Virus record (IMG/VR): IMGVR_UViG_3300014204_000001
Location: 10,011 to 74,010 of that record
Source of the DNA: a virus
Lineage: Duplodnaviria; Heunggongvirae; Uroviricota; Caudoviricetes
Length of the DNA stretch: 64,000 nt
Direction: 5' to 3' (one strand)
The notes under the pieces were generated by a model that saw nothing but the letters and a program-made list of their open reading frames with translations, did not search any database and was not told the DNA's origin. Every line of letters starts with the position of its first letter. The first letter of the stretch is position 1. Below, piece after piece: positions 29,992 through 38,685 of the stretch. The position numbers were made by a program, and so were the translations under genes.

Positions 29992-30339
29992 ATGGAAAAG
30001 ACGAAGGTATCTTTGCCGAACGGCAAGGGCGGCTGGACTGAGGTTGAGGGCGAGGTTCTCGCCAAGGATCAGAAGGTGAACGAGAAAAAGCAGAAGGAGG
30101 CCCTGAATCGGCAGTTCATCGAGGATGCTGGCGGACTCACGGAGCGGTTCGCCAAGTTCGCGAACGTCTATTGCAAAGAGAACGGACTCGAGAAGGAACA
30201 CCTGGCGTTCTCAGCCGCGCTCTTCTGCGTGAACCTGCGCGAGGATTACCCTGGAGGCAAGGATCAGTTCGACGCTCTCGCAGTGGCTGCCGCGGAATAC
30301 TATGACGCGAACGCCCCCAGGGCCAAGGTGAAGAAGTGA
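29992..30339 (+). CDS. Hypothetical protein
   Basis: GGAGG RBS before ATG 29992. Confidence 0.75.
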   Translation: MEKTKVSLPNGKGGWTEVEGEVLAKDQKVNEKKQKEALNRQFIEDAGGLTERFAKFANVYCKENGLEKEHLAFSAALFCVNLREDYPGGKDQFDALAVAAAEYYDANAPRAKVKK

Positions 30340-30662
30340 GCGTCGTAAGCAACGCGGAGAAGCAGTACCTGCTCCTTGTAGCCCGGCGCGTTTATCGTGG
30401 ACAGCAGGAAACAAAGGCTCGTGGCGAGACGTACCACGATCTGTCCCCGTACACGACACTCTCCTGCGGTCTTCGTGTGCGTCTGGTATTTCGAAGCATC
30501 CATGAAAAGGTACGGCCTGTGGTGATCTTCAAGGGCACACCGTTCCTTCAGAACTTTTCTGTTGAAGATCTCGAAGAGGCAGCGACCGATATCGCGGGTG
30601 AGCCTGTGAGTGGTCCTGTTCTTGTCGCTGACACCCTCGAGTTCTATAACGGTGATTCATGA
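30336..30662 (+). CDS. Hypothetical protein
   Basis: GTGA overlap with the previous gene. Confidence 0.7.
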   Translation: MSVVSNAEKQYLLLVARRVYRGQQETKARGETYHDLSPYTTLSCGLRVRLVFRSIHEKVRPVVIFKGTPFLQNFSVEDLEEAATDIAGEPVSGPVLVADTLEFYNGDS

Positions 30663-31075
30663 CCAAACCCACACTGTTCATCGGCATCGACGGCCCAGCA
30701 CTCATTCCGGGGCAAGATCCTGAGCCCTTTCTGCGCGCGGAGATCGCGCCGTACGTCAAACCCTTTCTCCACTGGGCTACGCAGCACTTCGACGTTCGGT
30801 GGGTCACCGACCGCAGTCCCCGGGATGCGTTTTACTTGAACGACAAGTTGGGCTTGAAGCAGGACGCAGTTCCTGTCCACACGTTCGACGTGTCGAAGGT
30901 GGAGATCCTCGAGCCACACAAGAGCTTCTACTGGATCGACGCCGAGCTCATTCCCCACGAAGTCACCTGGCTCGCTCAGCACGGCCATACTGACAAGTTC
31001 CTCTCCGTCGATCCGGAGAAGGGCATCACCCCCGAGCACAAAGATAAGCTCGAGGCATTAACTCGCAAGCGGTAG
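30659..31075 (+). CDS. HAD-like domain protein
   Basis: LFIGIDGP (DxDG-like), WVT, WIDA motifs. Confidence 0.55.
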   Translation: MTKPTLFIGIDGPALIPGQDPEPFLRAEIAPYVKPFLHWATQHFDVRWVTDRSPRDAFYLNDKLGLKQDAVPVHTFDVSKVEILEPHKSFYWIDAELIPHEVTWLAQHGHTDKFLSVDPEKGITPEHKDKLEALTRKR

Positions 31076-31081
31076 GAGACC

Positions 31082-31360
31082 ATGGACAAGACGATCACGT
31101 GCAAGGAATGCAACACCGATTTCACGCTCACTGAGGGTGAGCAGCAGTTCTTCAAGCAGATGGCTTACCAGGAACCCAAGCGCTGCAAGGTGTGCCGGAC
31201 GCAGCGTAAGCAGGCCCCCGATACTAACCAGACTACGAGGGAACAACGTGGAACAGTTCAATGGATCGATGGAAGCCACGGCTCCGAGCACGACGGAGAT
31301 AAGCCCCGCAACCACCGAAACCGCCGGCGCAACCGCTTCAAGTCCGACGACACCTACTAA
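31082..31360 (+). CDS. Zinc-ribbon protein (CxxC-x-EQ.FF..EPKRCxxC type)
   Basis: DKTITCKECNTDFTLTEGEQQFFKQMAYQEPKRCKVCR. Confidence 0.85.
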   Translation: MDKTITCKECNTDFTLTEGEQQFFKQMAYQEPKRCKVCRTQRKQAPDTNQTTREQRGTVQWIDGSHGSEHDGDKPRNHRNRRRNRFKSDDTY

Positions 31361-31568
31361 GCCTGTCAAGAACGACGAAGTCGTGCCGTACGCAAAGAAG
31401 GGCTGCTCCAAGTGCCGCTATAGCACTCTCGGGCCGGGCCTTCTACGCGTCGTGAACAAGGATCGCAACGCGCGTTACGAAGTCTGCTCGTGCGCATTCA
31501 ACCGCTTCCGCAAGGCCCACCCCAACTTGGTATACGACGGGACTACGGGTCAGTGGTACTGGCCATGA
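31248..31568 (+). CDS. Hypothetical Zn-binding protein
   Basis: CSKC..CSC; overlaps the previous gene by about 110 nt; start uncertain. Confidence 0.6.
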   Translation: MEQFNGSMEATAPSTTEISPATTETAGATASSPTTPTKPVKNDEVVPYAKKGCSKCRYSTLGPGLLRVVNKDRNARYEVCSCAFNRFRKAHPNLVYDGTTGQWYWP

Positions 31569-32398
31569 CAGTCCAAGTGAAGATTGTGGCTGACAGCGTG
31601 TCAGCCAACAACGGGAAGCGTTTGACCACATTCCAGGTTCGGTACGGTCGTCCGATCCATGCTGAGGTCATGACTCACCGTGTCTTCAGCCGTAACGCTT
31701 CGAGTTCTCGCGCAATCCCCGTCGAGAAGATCATTCAGGATGTGCTGGATGATCCGTACATCCCAGTCTACTGGGGAAAGAATCGCCAGGGCATGCAAGC
31801 CACAGAGGAGATGTCCCCAGAAGAGGCAGTGCATGCCAAGGCACTGTGGCTCGAGGCACGCGACAGCGCCGTAGAGCAGGCTCGTCGCCTTCTTGATGCA
31901 GGGCTCCACAAGCAGGAAGTCAACCGCATCCTCGAGCCTTTCGCGCACATCTCGGTCATCGTCTCTGCGACCGAGTGGGGGAACTTCTATCATCTTCGAC
32001 GAGCTGAGGACGCACATCCAACCATCAGGCAACTCGCCAACAAGATGTACGCAGTGCACCGGCTCAGCATTCCGGTATCCGTTCTGCCGAACGCGTGGCA
32101 CCTTCCATATGTCACGGAAGACGAGCGCAGGACGTACTCTGATGTCGAGATCTTGAAACATCTCTCGGTCGCGCGCTGCGCTCGCGTTTCGTACAACAAT
32201 CACGACGGCACGGAGCCCAACGTTCAAAAAGATCTGGAGCTTCACGACCGGCTGTATCACGCCTTGCACATGTCGGCGTTCGAGCATCAAGCGACGCCGA
32301 TGCTCAATGCCTGTACTCGGGGTGGCAATTTCATGGGCTGGAAGCAGTACCGTTCCGAAGTCCCATCTGAAAACCGCCCGGTGTATCCGGGCATCTGA
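31565..32398 (+). CDS. thyX: FAD-dependent thymidylate synthase (ThyX/Thy1-like)
   Basis: EVMTHRVFSRNASSSRAIP, HKQEVNR.LEPF, RCARVSY, HMSAFEHQA. Confidence 0.88.
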   Translation: MTVQVKIVADSVSANNGKRLTTFQVRYGRPIHAEVMTHRVFSRNASSSRAIPVEKIIQDVLDDPYIPVYWGKNRQGMQATEEMSPEEAVHAKALWLEARDSAVEQARRLLDAGLHKQEVNRILEPFAHISVIVSATEWGNFYHLRRAEDAHPTIRQLANKMYAVHRLSIPVSVLPNAWHLPYVTEDERRTYSDVEILKHLSVARCARVSYNNHDGTEPNVQKDLELHDRLYHALHMSAFEHQATPMLNACTRGGNFMGWKQYRSEVPSENRPVYPGI

Positions 32399-32401
32399 GG
32401 C

Positions 32402-32665
32402 GTGATGATACACTTTCAGATTCGAACGATCCCCGCCCTTGTCGCGATGGCTCTAACCTTCGCGGCGGGGTGGGGTATCGCCAAGTGGCGCGGAGCTGAA
32501 AGCCGGGCACACCTGCAAGCCGAACTTAACGAGTATCGGGCTCTCGTGGAGGCAACGCAGGAAATAACACAGAAGAGCCTTGACCACTCAGTCGAAACTC
32601 AAGCACAGCTCACCGATTGTATGCTCAAGCTAAAACTACAACGCTCACTCGCTGAGGGTAAGTAA
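32402..32665 (+). CDS. Small membrane-anchored coiled-coil protein
   Basis: N-terminal hydrophobic helix. Confidence 0.65.
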   Translation: MMIHFQIRTIPALVAMALTFAAGWGIAKWRGAESRAHLQAELNEYRALVEATQEITQKSLDHSVETQAQLTDCMLKLKLQRSLAEGK

Positions 32666-33438
32666 TGCAGATCATCGGCATCCTGGGAAACGCAGGTTCA
32701 GGTAAGGACACCGTTGGCAAGATGCTCGTCGAACTCACGGAAGGGGTATCCCTCGCGCTCGCCAATCCGTTAAAGGAGTTTGCACAGGACGTCTTCGGCT
32801 TTACTCACAGCCAGCTCTGGGGTCCGAGCGAAGCTCGTAACGCCATCGACGCCAACTACTCAAGAGATCCTTCTCGAGGTTGGCTCCGGCGTCTGTTCAG
32901 CACCGAACTCAGTTCACGTGCGCGCCTGAGCAATTGGCATCAGGCGCGGTATAATCTCGAGGCCTATGGTCCCAACTGGATCGAGGAGGTTCTGCCAGAC
33001 GCTGACCCTGGTGAATCTATGGGCGCCCTGACAAACTGGTTCAACGAACTCCCTACCGACGCACTCACGCCCCGTGTGGTGTTACAGACGCTCGGAACGG
33101 AGTTCGGGCGCAAACAGGATCCAGACGTGTGGATCAAGGTGGCGCTGGTGCGCGCCAAGGCGTTTCTCAGCGAACCGGAATTCGTGACCACCGTTTGCAT
33201 CACCGATGTGCGCTTCCTGAACGAGGCGCGGCTTATCCGCGAGTCTGGGGGGCAAGTTTGGCGAATCCGCCGTCCTGGCGTTTCGCCGCTCACCACGGGC
33301 ATTGCAGGTCATGCTTCAGAAGAGGAGCAGAAGAAGCAGGAGATGGACAGCTACGTGACCTTGGATCTGAACAACCGCGGAACCCTGGCAGAGCTGTATC
33401 AGAACGTGAAACACGCCATGGAGGTCCTAGACCCCTAA
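32665..33438 (+). CDS. Deoxynucleoside monophosphate kinase
   Basis: GNAGSGKDT P-loop, LANPLK, PRVVLQTLGTEFGR, DVRFLNE, HASE. Confidence 0.9.
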   Translation: MQIIGILGNAGSGKDTVGKMLVELTEGVSLALANPLKEFAQDVFGFTHSQLWGPSEARNAIDANYSRDPSRGWLRRLFSTELSSRARLSNWHQARYNLEAYGPNWIEEVLPDADPGESMGALTNWFNELPTDALTPRVVLQTLGTEFGRKQDPDVWIKVALVRAKAFLSEPEFVTTVCITDVRFLNEARLIRESGGQVWRIRRPGVSPLTTGIAGHASEEEQKKQEMDSYVTLDLNNRGTLAELYQNVKHAMEVLDP

Positions 33439-34088
33439 TGCTCGAGCTTGAAGTCGCTGGGGAGACTTTCGAATTCTCCCTACACAACACAGGCTGCGGC
33501 GGCCCATGTTACGCCGCAGCCTGTGTCAAGTATCAGTTCAGCACGCTCAAATTGCCTAAGGTATACCAGCACAAACTGGATCGCCTGATCGAGAAGGGTG
33601 AGTTCGCGCAAAATTCCCTGGACGACGCCGTTTTCGAGAGTTGTCAGACGGATTGGTGGGAGTGGGCTACTGACCGCGTGGCAGAGTTGGGTCTCGGTAA
33701 GATCTACTCGGCTGGCCGTTCTGGTGGTTGGCTCATACTCCACGATTGGCCTGAGAGCCGCCTTGAGGGGCTGTTAGGTGACCCCGAGTGCCATTACTGC
33801 GGTCTTCCATACCGTGAACACGCGGCTGGCAATAAATGCCTTTACGAGCCAACGTGGTATAAGCCAATAGAGGATGCAGATATTGAGCGGCTTCGAACCA
33901 TTCACGCTTTCTTGCAAGAGTGCGAAGAGAGCGTGAAGACCTACGTCCCTGTCAGCATGCGCGACGAGTACAAGTACCGCATTGATGAAGCTTGGGCAGA
34001 CCACCAACAACGGCGTAAGGAGAAGGCGAATGCGAAAAAAGTGGAGCGACGAGGAGATCGCGTATCTGCGCGAGCATGCTCCCGTTGA
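33438..34088 (+). CDS. Hypothetical protein carrying a Cx2C-x6-H-x5-CLYxP module
   Basis: TAATG overlap; GRSGGWL motif; CHYCGLPYREHAAGNKCLYEPTW. Confidence 0.8.
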   Translation: MLELEVAGETFEFSLHNTGCGGPCYAAACVKYQFSTLKLPKVYQHKLDRLIEKGEFAQNSLDDAVFESCQTDWWEWATDRVAELGLGKIYSAGRSGGWLILHDWPESRLEGLLGDPECHYCGLPYREHAAGNKCLYEPTWYKPIEDADIERLRTIHAFLQECEESVKTYVPVSMRDEYKYRIDEAWADHQQRRKEKANAKKVERRGDRVSARACSR

Positions 34089-34680
34089 GCCCTCAGCCTC
34101 GATTGCGAAGGCACTTGGTAGAACGCGTGAATCTGTGTCGTGCACCTGCCATCGGCACGGGATCGAACTCCATACGATACGCACAACAGGGCCGGTACAC
34201 GTTTGGACCGAGGAGGAGCTCGAGTGGCTTCGACAGCACGCCAAGGAGCTCACCGTTCCGCAGTTGATGAAGAAGTTCAGCATGACGTATGACGCTGTGC
34301 GCACCATTCTGAAGCGCCGCGGTATCGAGTACAAACGCGAGAAGAAGCCCGTGACCAAGGCCGAGCAGTTCAAAATCATGGGCTTATGCGAACACTATAG
34401 CCGTGAGGAGATTGCCAAGCGCATAGGTAGGCCGCTCGGAACCGTTCACAACCTGATGGTACGCCTCGAACTCCACAGCTACTCCGGCTGCTATACGCAA
34501 AGGCGCCTGGTCGAGGAGACGGGCTACGCCATCTCGCAACTGGTACGCGCTCGCGATGCCTTGGGACAGAAGTGGAACTGGACGGGTAAGCGGTATCTCA
34601 TCAGCGAGTGCCAGTTCGAGCGGCTGATGCTCTACTTCAGGGATCCTGAAGCGGCACTCGCAGCAGTGGAGGCAGCGTGA
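34030..34680 (+). CDS. Repeated HTH (SANT/Myb-like) DNA-binding protein
   Basis: WSDEEIAYLR / WTEEELEWLR / IAKRIGRP repeats. Confidence 0.75.
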   Translation: MRKKWSDEEIAYLREHAPVEPSASIAKALGRTRESVSCTCHRHGIELHTIRTTGPVHVWTEEELEWLRQHAKELTVPQLMKKFSMTYDAVRTILKRRGIEYKREKKPVTKAEQFKIMGLCEHYSREEIAKRIGRPLGTVHNLMVRLELHSYSGCYTQRRLVEETGYAISQLVRARDALGQKWNWTGKRYLISECQFERLMLYFRDPEAALAAVEAA

Positions 34681-35108
34681 GAAAATCCTGGGACGAATAT
34701 TTCATGGACGTCGCACAGGTGGTGGCTACGCGCGCCACCTGTAATCGCATCCCAGAGGGTGTCGGCGCAGTGATCGTCCGTGACCATACGATTCTCTCCA
34801 CGGGTTACAATGGTTCCGTTCGAGGACAACCGCACTGCGATGATGCGGGGCACATGATGGAACACGACCACTGCGTTCGCACTGTTCACGCAGAAGCCAA
34901 CGCGATCCTCCAGGCTGCGAAACACGGTACCCGCATCGACGAGGCCGACATCTACGTCACTGCGTCGCCGTGTTTCAACTGCTTCAAGCTCATCGCCAAC
35001 AGCGGTATCAGGCGGATCATCTTCGGCATGATGTACCGCGATGAGCGCATTACGGCGTTCGCTCGAGACGCGGGGATCGAACTTGTAAACTGGTCCAAGG
35101 AGTGCTAG
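34677..35108 (+). CDS. dCMP deaminase (ComEB-like)
   Basis: STGYNG, HAEANA, SPCFNC. Confidence 0.92.
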   Translation: MRKSWDEYFMDVAQVVATRATCNRIPEGVGAVIVRDHTILSTGYNGSVRGQPHCDDAGHMMEHDHCVRTVHAEANAILQAAKHGTRIDEADIYVTASPCFNCFKLIANSGIRRIIFGMMYRDERITAFARDAGIELVNWSKEC

Positions 35109-35158
35109 GTGGTATTCAAGGGCCCGCGGTCAGGTCCCTCACCAAGTGAGTAGACGCA

Positions 35159-35386
35159 ATGAGTGTTAGAGCAAAGATGCAGTGCATCACAGTCAAGGAT
35201 GATGAGAACAATCCTGGGCAGAAGTTGGTGAGTCTCTACGCCGTCTACGAGGACGGTGAAGCCAACAAGGAATGGTCGAAGTTCACGCCTTGGGGTGAGG
35301 TGACGCTCGCCATCACCAACCCGGAGGCCTTCAATCAGTTCGTTCAGGGCAAGGTCTACTACGTCGACTTCACCGAGGCCGAGTAG
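35159..35386 (+). CDS. Small conserved phage protein
   Basis: VRAKM.C...EN..WSK.TP.G...I.NPEA..F..GK.YYVDF. Confidence 0.75.
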   Translation: MSVRAKMQCITVKDDENNPGQKLVSLYAVYEDGEANKEWSKFTPWGEVTLAITNPEAFNQFVQGKVYYVDFTEAE

Positions 35387-35397
35387 CACTCATTCAA

Positions 35398-35435
35398 AAG
35401 AAGCACGGCACGAAGTTTCTCATGCCGTGCTTCTT
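35398..35435. terminator. Bidirectional terminator / processing hairpin before the tRNAs
   Basis: 13-bp perfect stem AAGAAGCACGGCA/TGCCGTGCTTCTT. Confidence 0.65.
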
Positions 35436-35440
35436 CTCAT

Positions 35441-35513
35441 TGAGGCGTAGCTCAACTGGTAGAGCACCGGACTTTGACTCCGGGTGTTGAGGGTTCAACT
35501 CCTTCCGCCTCAG
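35441..35513 (+). tRNA. tRNA-Gln(UUG), CCA not encoded
   Basis: Acceptor TGAGGCG/CGCCTCA, D-arm GCTC/GAGC, anticodon CCGGA-CTTTGAC-TCCGG, T-loop TTCAACT. Confidence 0.92.
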
Positions 35514-35530
35514 CTTCTTTACGGAGTAAC

Positions 35531-35603
35531 GCCGACGTAGCGCAGTTGGTAGCGCATCTGCCTTGTAAGCAGAGGGTCCCCGGTTCGAATCCGGGCGTCG
35601 GCT
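35531..35603 (+). tRNA. tRNA-Thr(UGU), CCA not encoded
   Basis: Acceptor GCCGACG/CGTCGGC, anticodon TCTGC-CTTGTAA-GCAGA, T-loop TTCGAAT. Confidence 0.93.
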
Positions 35604-35639
35604 AAGGTATAAGGATTACACCCTACTCAGGAGGTTATC

Positions 35640-35723
35640 ATGATCTTGTTCGAGCCTTTGTGGGCGCTCTCATTGGTAGCACTGGTGGTTACGGCTCTAT
35701 GGGTGTGGCCTGACGAATCATAA
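35640..35723 (+). CDS. 27-aa single-TM peptide
   Basis: GGAGG RBS; MILFEPLWALSLVALVVTALWVWPDES. Confidence 0.5.
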   Translation: MILFEPLWALSLVALVVTALWVWPDES

Positions 35724-35745
35724 AAAAGACGCTATTAACCAAAGG

Positions 35746-35986
35746 ATGCGCACGACCACCTACTTCGGATTCGCCATCGCTGATTCGATGTTCCCCGAGA
35801 ACTGCTCCGCCCACCGCCACGCGCGTGGACGTCACCCCGTGCATCAACCCATCTCATAAGGCGACCATCGACGTGCTCAAGGAGCGCTTCGGTGTCGTGG
35901 TGCCCATTCCGAAGGCGCCGCCTATCGTGCAACTGCTCGAGGGCGACGCCATCATCGTGACGGCTGTCAACAGTACGAATACGTGA
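35746..35986 (+). pseudogene. Broken gene resembling the STIV B116 / DUF1874-like small phage family
   Basis: MRTTYFGFAIADSMF in one frame and PCINPSHKATIDVLKERFGV.V.IP..PPIVQL..GD.IIV in another; assignment from memory of the family. Confidence 0.5.
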
Positions 35987-36459
35987 CGATGCGGAAGCAC
36001 AGTGCCATCGAGGACGAGTTCGCGCTGAAGATGCAGCAGAAGAACCGCGAGCTGACCCAGCGGGTGGAACTGCTTACCGCGCGTGAGACGCACATGAGCG
36101 ACCTGGAGAAGCAGGTCTCCGAGATGCCAGTTCTGATCGAGAAGGCGGAGAAGAAGGGCGTCGCCATCGCCGAGGGGCGCCTGACCAAGGAGTTCGAGCA
36201 CCGGATTCAGCTGCTGGAGATGACGGCGGCGAACGACGCCAAGGTTGCGGCGCAGAACGCTGCCTCGCTCAGCGCCAACATTGCGCATCAGGCACTGCAG
36301 ATCGAGGCCATGAGGACCGACCTCACGGCGGCCAACCTGCGCGCCGAGACCATCGCGGCCAAGGCGCTTGAGGCCAGCAGTGGCCAACAGGCGCTCGCCG
36401 TGGCGATGCAGTCCGCTGCCAACCGCGATAACGGGCTTGGCAACGGCAAGCGCACCTAG
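35983..36459 (+). CDS. Coiled-coil hypothetical protein (possibly 5' truncated)
   Basis: 158-aa helical ORF with no clear RBS. Confidence 0.65.
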   Translation: MTMRKHSAIEDEFALKMQQKNRELTQRVELLTARETHMSDLEKQVSEMPVLIEKAEKKGVAIAEGRLTKEFEHRIQLLEMTAANDAKVAAQNAASLSANIAHQALQIEAMRTDLTAANLRAETIAAKALEASSGQQALAVAMQSAANRDNGLGNGKRT

Positions 36460-36505
36460 TACACTGCAATCGTAATGCTGGGAACAGGGTTCTGTTCCCA
36501 GTTTC

Positions 36506-36865
36506 GGGGCTGATCTGGTTTCGACGAGGGAAGAAACAGTTGAGATGCGAGCCGTGGAAGTCTGCTAGGCCACGTAAAATCCTGCGGACAAATTCAAACG
36601 CCAACGACAACATCAATGTGTTCGCGCGTCAGCTGGCCGTGGCCTAAACCACCACACCAGCGAGTTCTCGATGGTCTAACCGATCTCAGGGTAGTTGAGA
36701 GCTAACTTATCTGGGAGACCCTCAATCACGGCGGCGCCAGCTTGTAACGTGATTGCGATGGCAGGCTAAAGGGCGTTTGTAGCACCCCGCCTCGGGTAGA
36801 GGCTACGCTCGTAGTATCTTTTCAGGATCAACCTCCGGACGAGGGTTCGATCCCCTCCAGCTCCA
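36506..36865 (+). ncRNA. ssrA: tmRNA
   Basis: 5' GGGGCTGATCTGGTTTCGAC, 3' GGTTCGATCCCCTCCAGCTCCA, G3:U70 pair, tag ORF ANDNINVFARQLAVA* at 36600-36647. Confidence 0.95.
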
Positions 36866-36866
36866 C

Positions 36867-37038
36867 TGGAACAGTACAGTAGCGTATCAAAGGCCCCGCC
36901 TAAAAGCGAAGCAAGTGCTACCGTGTAGGCATACACGTTAAAGTGTTGGGTCCGGGTTGCGCCTAGCACCACAGGGGTCTGACGTCGTGAGACTGTAGCC
37001 GCTCGGGCGACGCGATACCGTCCAACTGTACTGTTCCA
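36867..37038 (+). ncRNA. Putative structured ncRNA of unknown family
   Basis: 14-bp closing stem plus three nested stems and a GNRA hairpin; no credible ORF; strand assumed from neighbours. Confidence 0.55.
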
Positions 37039-37109
37039 CTTCCTCGTGCGTAAGCACGGGTGGTGGAAGGCCGGGAAAGTCGGAACTCTCCGACTTTCCC
37101 TTCGCCCCT

Positions 37110-37141
37110 GGAGGCTGGCAATTCTGCCAGCCTCCTTTTTT
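37110..37141 (+). terminator. Rho-independent terminator
   Basis: GGAGGCTGGCA/TGCCAGCCTCC followed by T6. Confidence 0.85.
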
Positions 37142-37159
37142 AGGTTCATAGGAGAGGTC

Positions 37160-38347
37160 ATGTCTATTTCGAAGATGGAGGGACAGAACGTACCCGTCTT
37201 GCTATGGGCACCGCTGCATGAAGTAGAGTCGGAAGCGCTCACGCAGTTGCGTAACGTGGCAAACCTGCCCTCAGTCCGATACGTGCGCGCGATGCCTGAT
37301 GTGCACACAGGGTTCGGTGTCCCTGTTGGAAGCGTCGTAGCCCTGAAAGACGCCGTATCGCCAGGAATTGTTGGTGTCGACATCGGGTGCGGCATGCGCG
37401 CCCTGCGCACCTCGCTTCGCGAAGAGATGCTTCCCAAGGACCTCAAGGCGCTGCGGCTGCGCATCGAGGAGTTCATTCCTGCAGGGACTGGCTGTGCGCA
37501 TGCGTCTACTGATCACGTGAAGGGTGATAACGTCTACGACGAACTCTGGGAGCGTGTGAAGCAGACACGTCAGGCCAAATGCTCGCTCGAGAAAGCGCAG
37601 CGCCAGATGGGTACGCTTGGGTCTGGTAATCACTTTATCGAGGTGTGCGCCGACACGGATGGGTTCGTCTGGCTCATGTTGCATTCAGGCTCGCGTAATT
37701 TCGGCAAGGAGGTTGCTGAGAGCTATACCCATCTGGCAGAGGCGCATCCGGTTAACCGAGACCTCCCTGACAAGCGCGTCGCGGTGTTCCCGTGTGAGTC
37801 CCCTGACTTCGCGGACTACTGGCGGGACATGCAGACGGCACAGATGTACGCTGAGCTGAACCGCCATCTGATGATGCAGCTGCTGGGCCTGTCCTTTGAG
37901 TCGATGCACCTGGAGACAGGGCACGTTGGCCCTTCGATCAGTTGCCACCACAACTACGCCATCGAGGAAGAAATCAATGGCGAGAAACTGATCGTCGCCC
38001 GCAAGGGTGCCATTGAAGCTCGCGAGGGTCAGTGGGGTATCATTCCGGGTGCAATGGGGCGCAAATCGTTCATCGTCCAAGGGCTCGGCAACGAAGAGAG
38101 CCTCATGTCCGCCAGCCACGGGGCTGGACGCAGGATGAGCCGGTCAAAGGCGAATAAGACGTTTACCGTCGAGGATCTGAAGGAGTCAACGAAGGGCGTC
38201 GAGTGCTTCATTGGGAAAGGAGTTCTCGACGAGATCGCGATGGCCTACAAAGACATCGCGGTCGTCATGCAGAACCAAGTGGACCTCGTCGTGCCGAAGT
38301 ACGAGCTCCATGCCTTGATCACAGTCAAGGGCCACAACGAGCACTGA
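37160..38347 (+). CDS. rtcB: RtcB RNA ligase
   Basis: MPDVHTG.G.PVG, GVDIGCG, GTLGSGNHF.E, MLHSGSR, HHNY, RKGA, SHGAGR, YKDI. Confidence 0.96.
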   Translation: MSISKMEGQNVPVLLWAPLHEVESEALTQLRNVANLPSVRYVRAMPDVHTGFGVPVGSVVALKDAVSPGIVGVDIGCGMRALRTSLREEMLPKDLKALRLRIEEFIPAGTGCAHASTDHVKGDNVYDELWERVKQTRQAKCSLEKAQRQMGTLGSGNHFIEVCADTDGFVWLMLHSGSRNFGKEVAESYTHLAEAHPVNRDLPDKRVAVFPCESPDFADYWRDMQTAQMYAELNRHLMMQLLGLSFESMHLETGHVGPSISCHHNYAIEEEINGEKLIVARKGAIEAREGQWGIIPGAMGRKSFIVQGLGNEESLMSASHGAGRRMSRSKANKTFTVEDLKESTKGVECFIGKGVLDEIAMAYKDIAVVMQNQVDLVVPKYELHALITVKGHNEH

Positions 38348-38649
38348 TGACTACCTTTATCGTAGGACTCTTGTTAGGCACTGTTTCAACGCTCATCGCG
38401 TTCAAGATCTTTCCGGTACTTCAGTACTTCAAGAAACCGCCGAAAGTTGAAACACTGGAAACCCTCAACGTCACCGGGCGGTTCGCGTTCGTGTTCAAGA
38501 AACCACTATCTGGGGCTGACGTAGGCGCCTATGTAGCTGCTGGCACCAAAACGGTAATCGCGCGAAATCCACTCCACATGGAAATCGCACCAGGCGCTTA
38601 TACAGTGCGGCTACACGTTACGGCCTATTTCGACAAACACGCAACCTGA
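38347..38649 (+). CDS. Small membrane protein
   Basis: TGATG overlap; N-terminal TM. Confidence 0.7.
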   Translation: MTTFIVGLLLGTVSTLIAFKIFPVLQYFKKPPKVETLETLNVTGRFAFVFKKPLSGADVGAYVAAGTKTVIARNPLHMEIAPGAYTVRLHVTAYFDKHAT

Positions 38650-38656
38650 CCTAAGG

Positions 38657-38685
38657 GCGGCACCCGCAACGGTGCCGCTTTTTTT
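38657..38685 (+). terminator. Rho-independent terminator
   Basis: GCGGCACC/GGTGCCGC followed by T7. Confidence 0.85.

Noticed and set aside
33129-33437. 5' extension of the 33129..34088 ORF
   Set aside because: It overlaps the dNMP kinase; the TAATG-coupled ATG at 33438 is the more plausible start.
35441-36865. Prophage attachment site at the tRNA or tmRNA genes
   Set aside because: No integrase and no duplicated 3' end; phage-type genes continue on both sides.
36867-37038. Calling the structured RNA a Y RNA, 6S RNA or tRNA
   Set aside because: No T-loop, cloverleaf or recognisable conserved motif; left unassigned.
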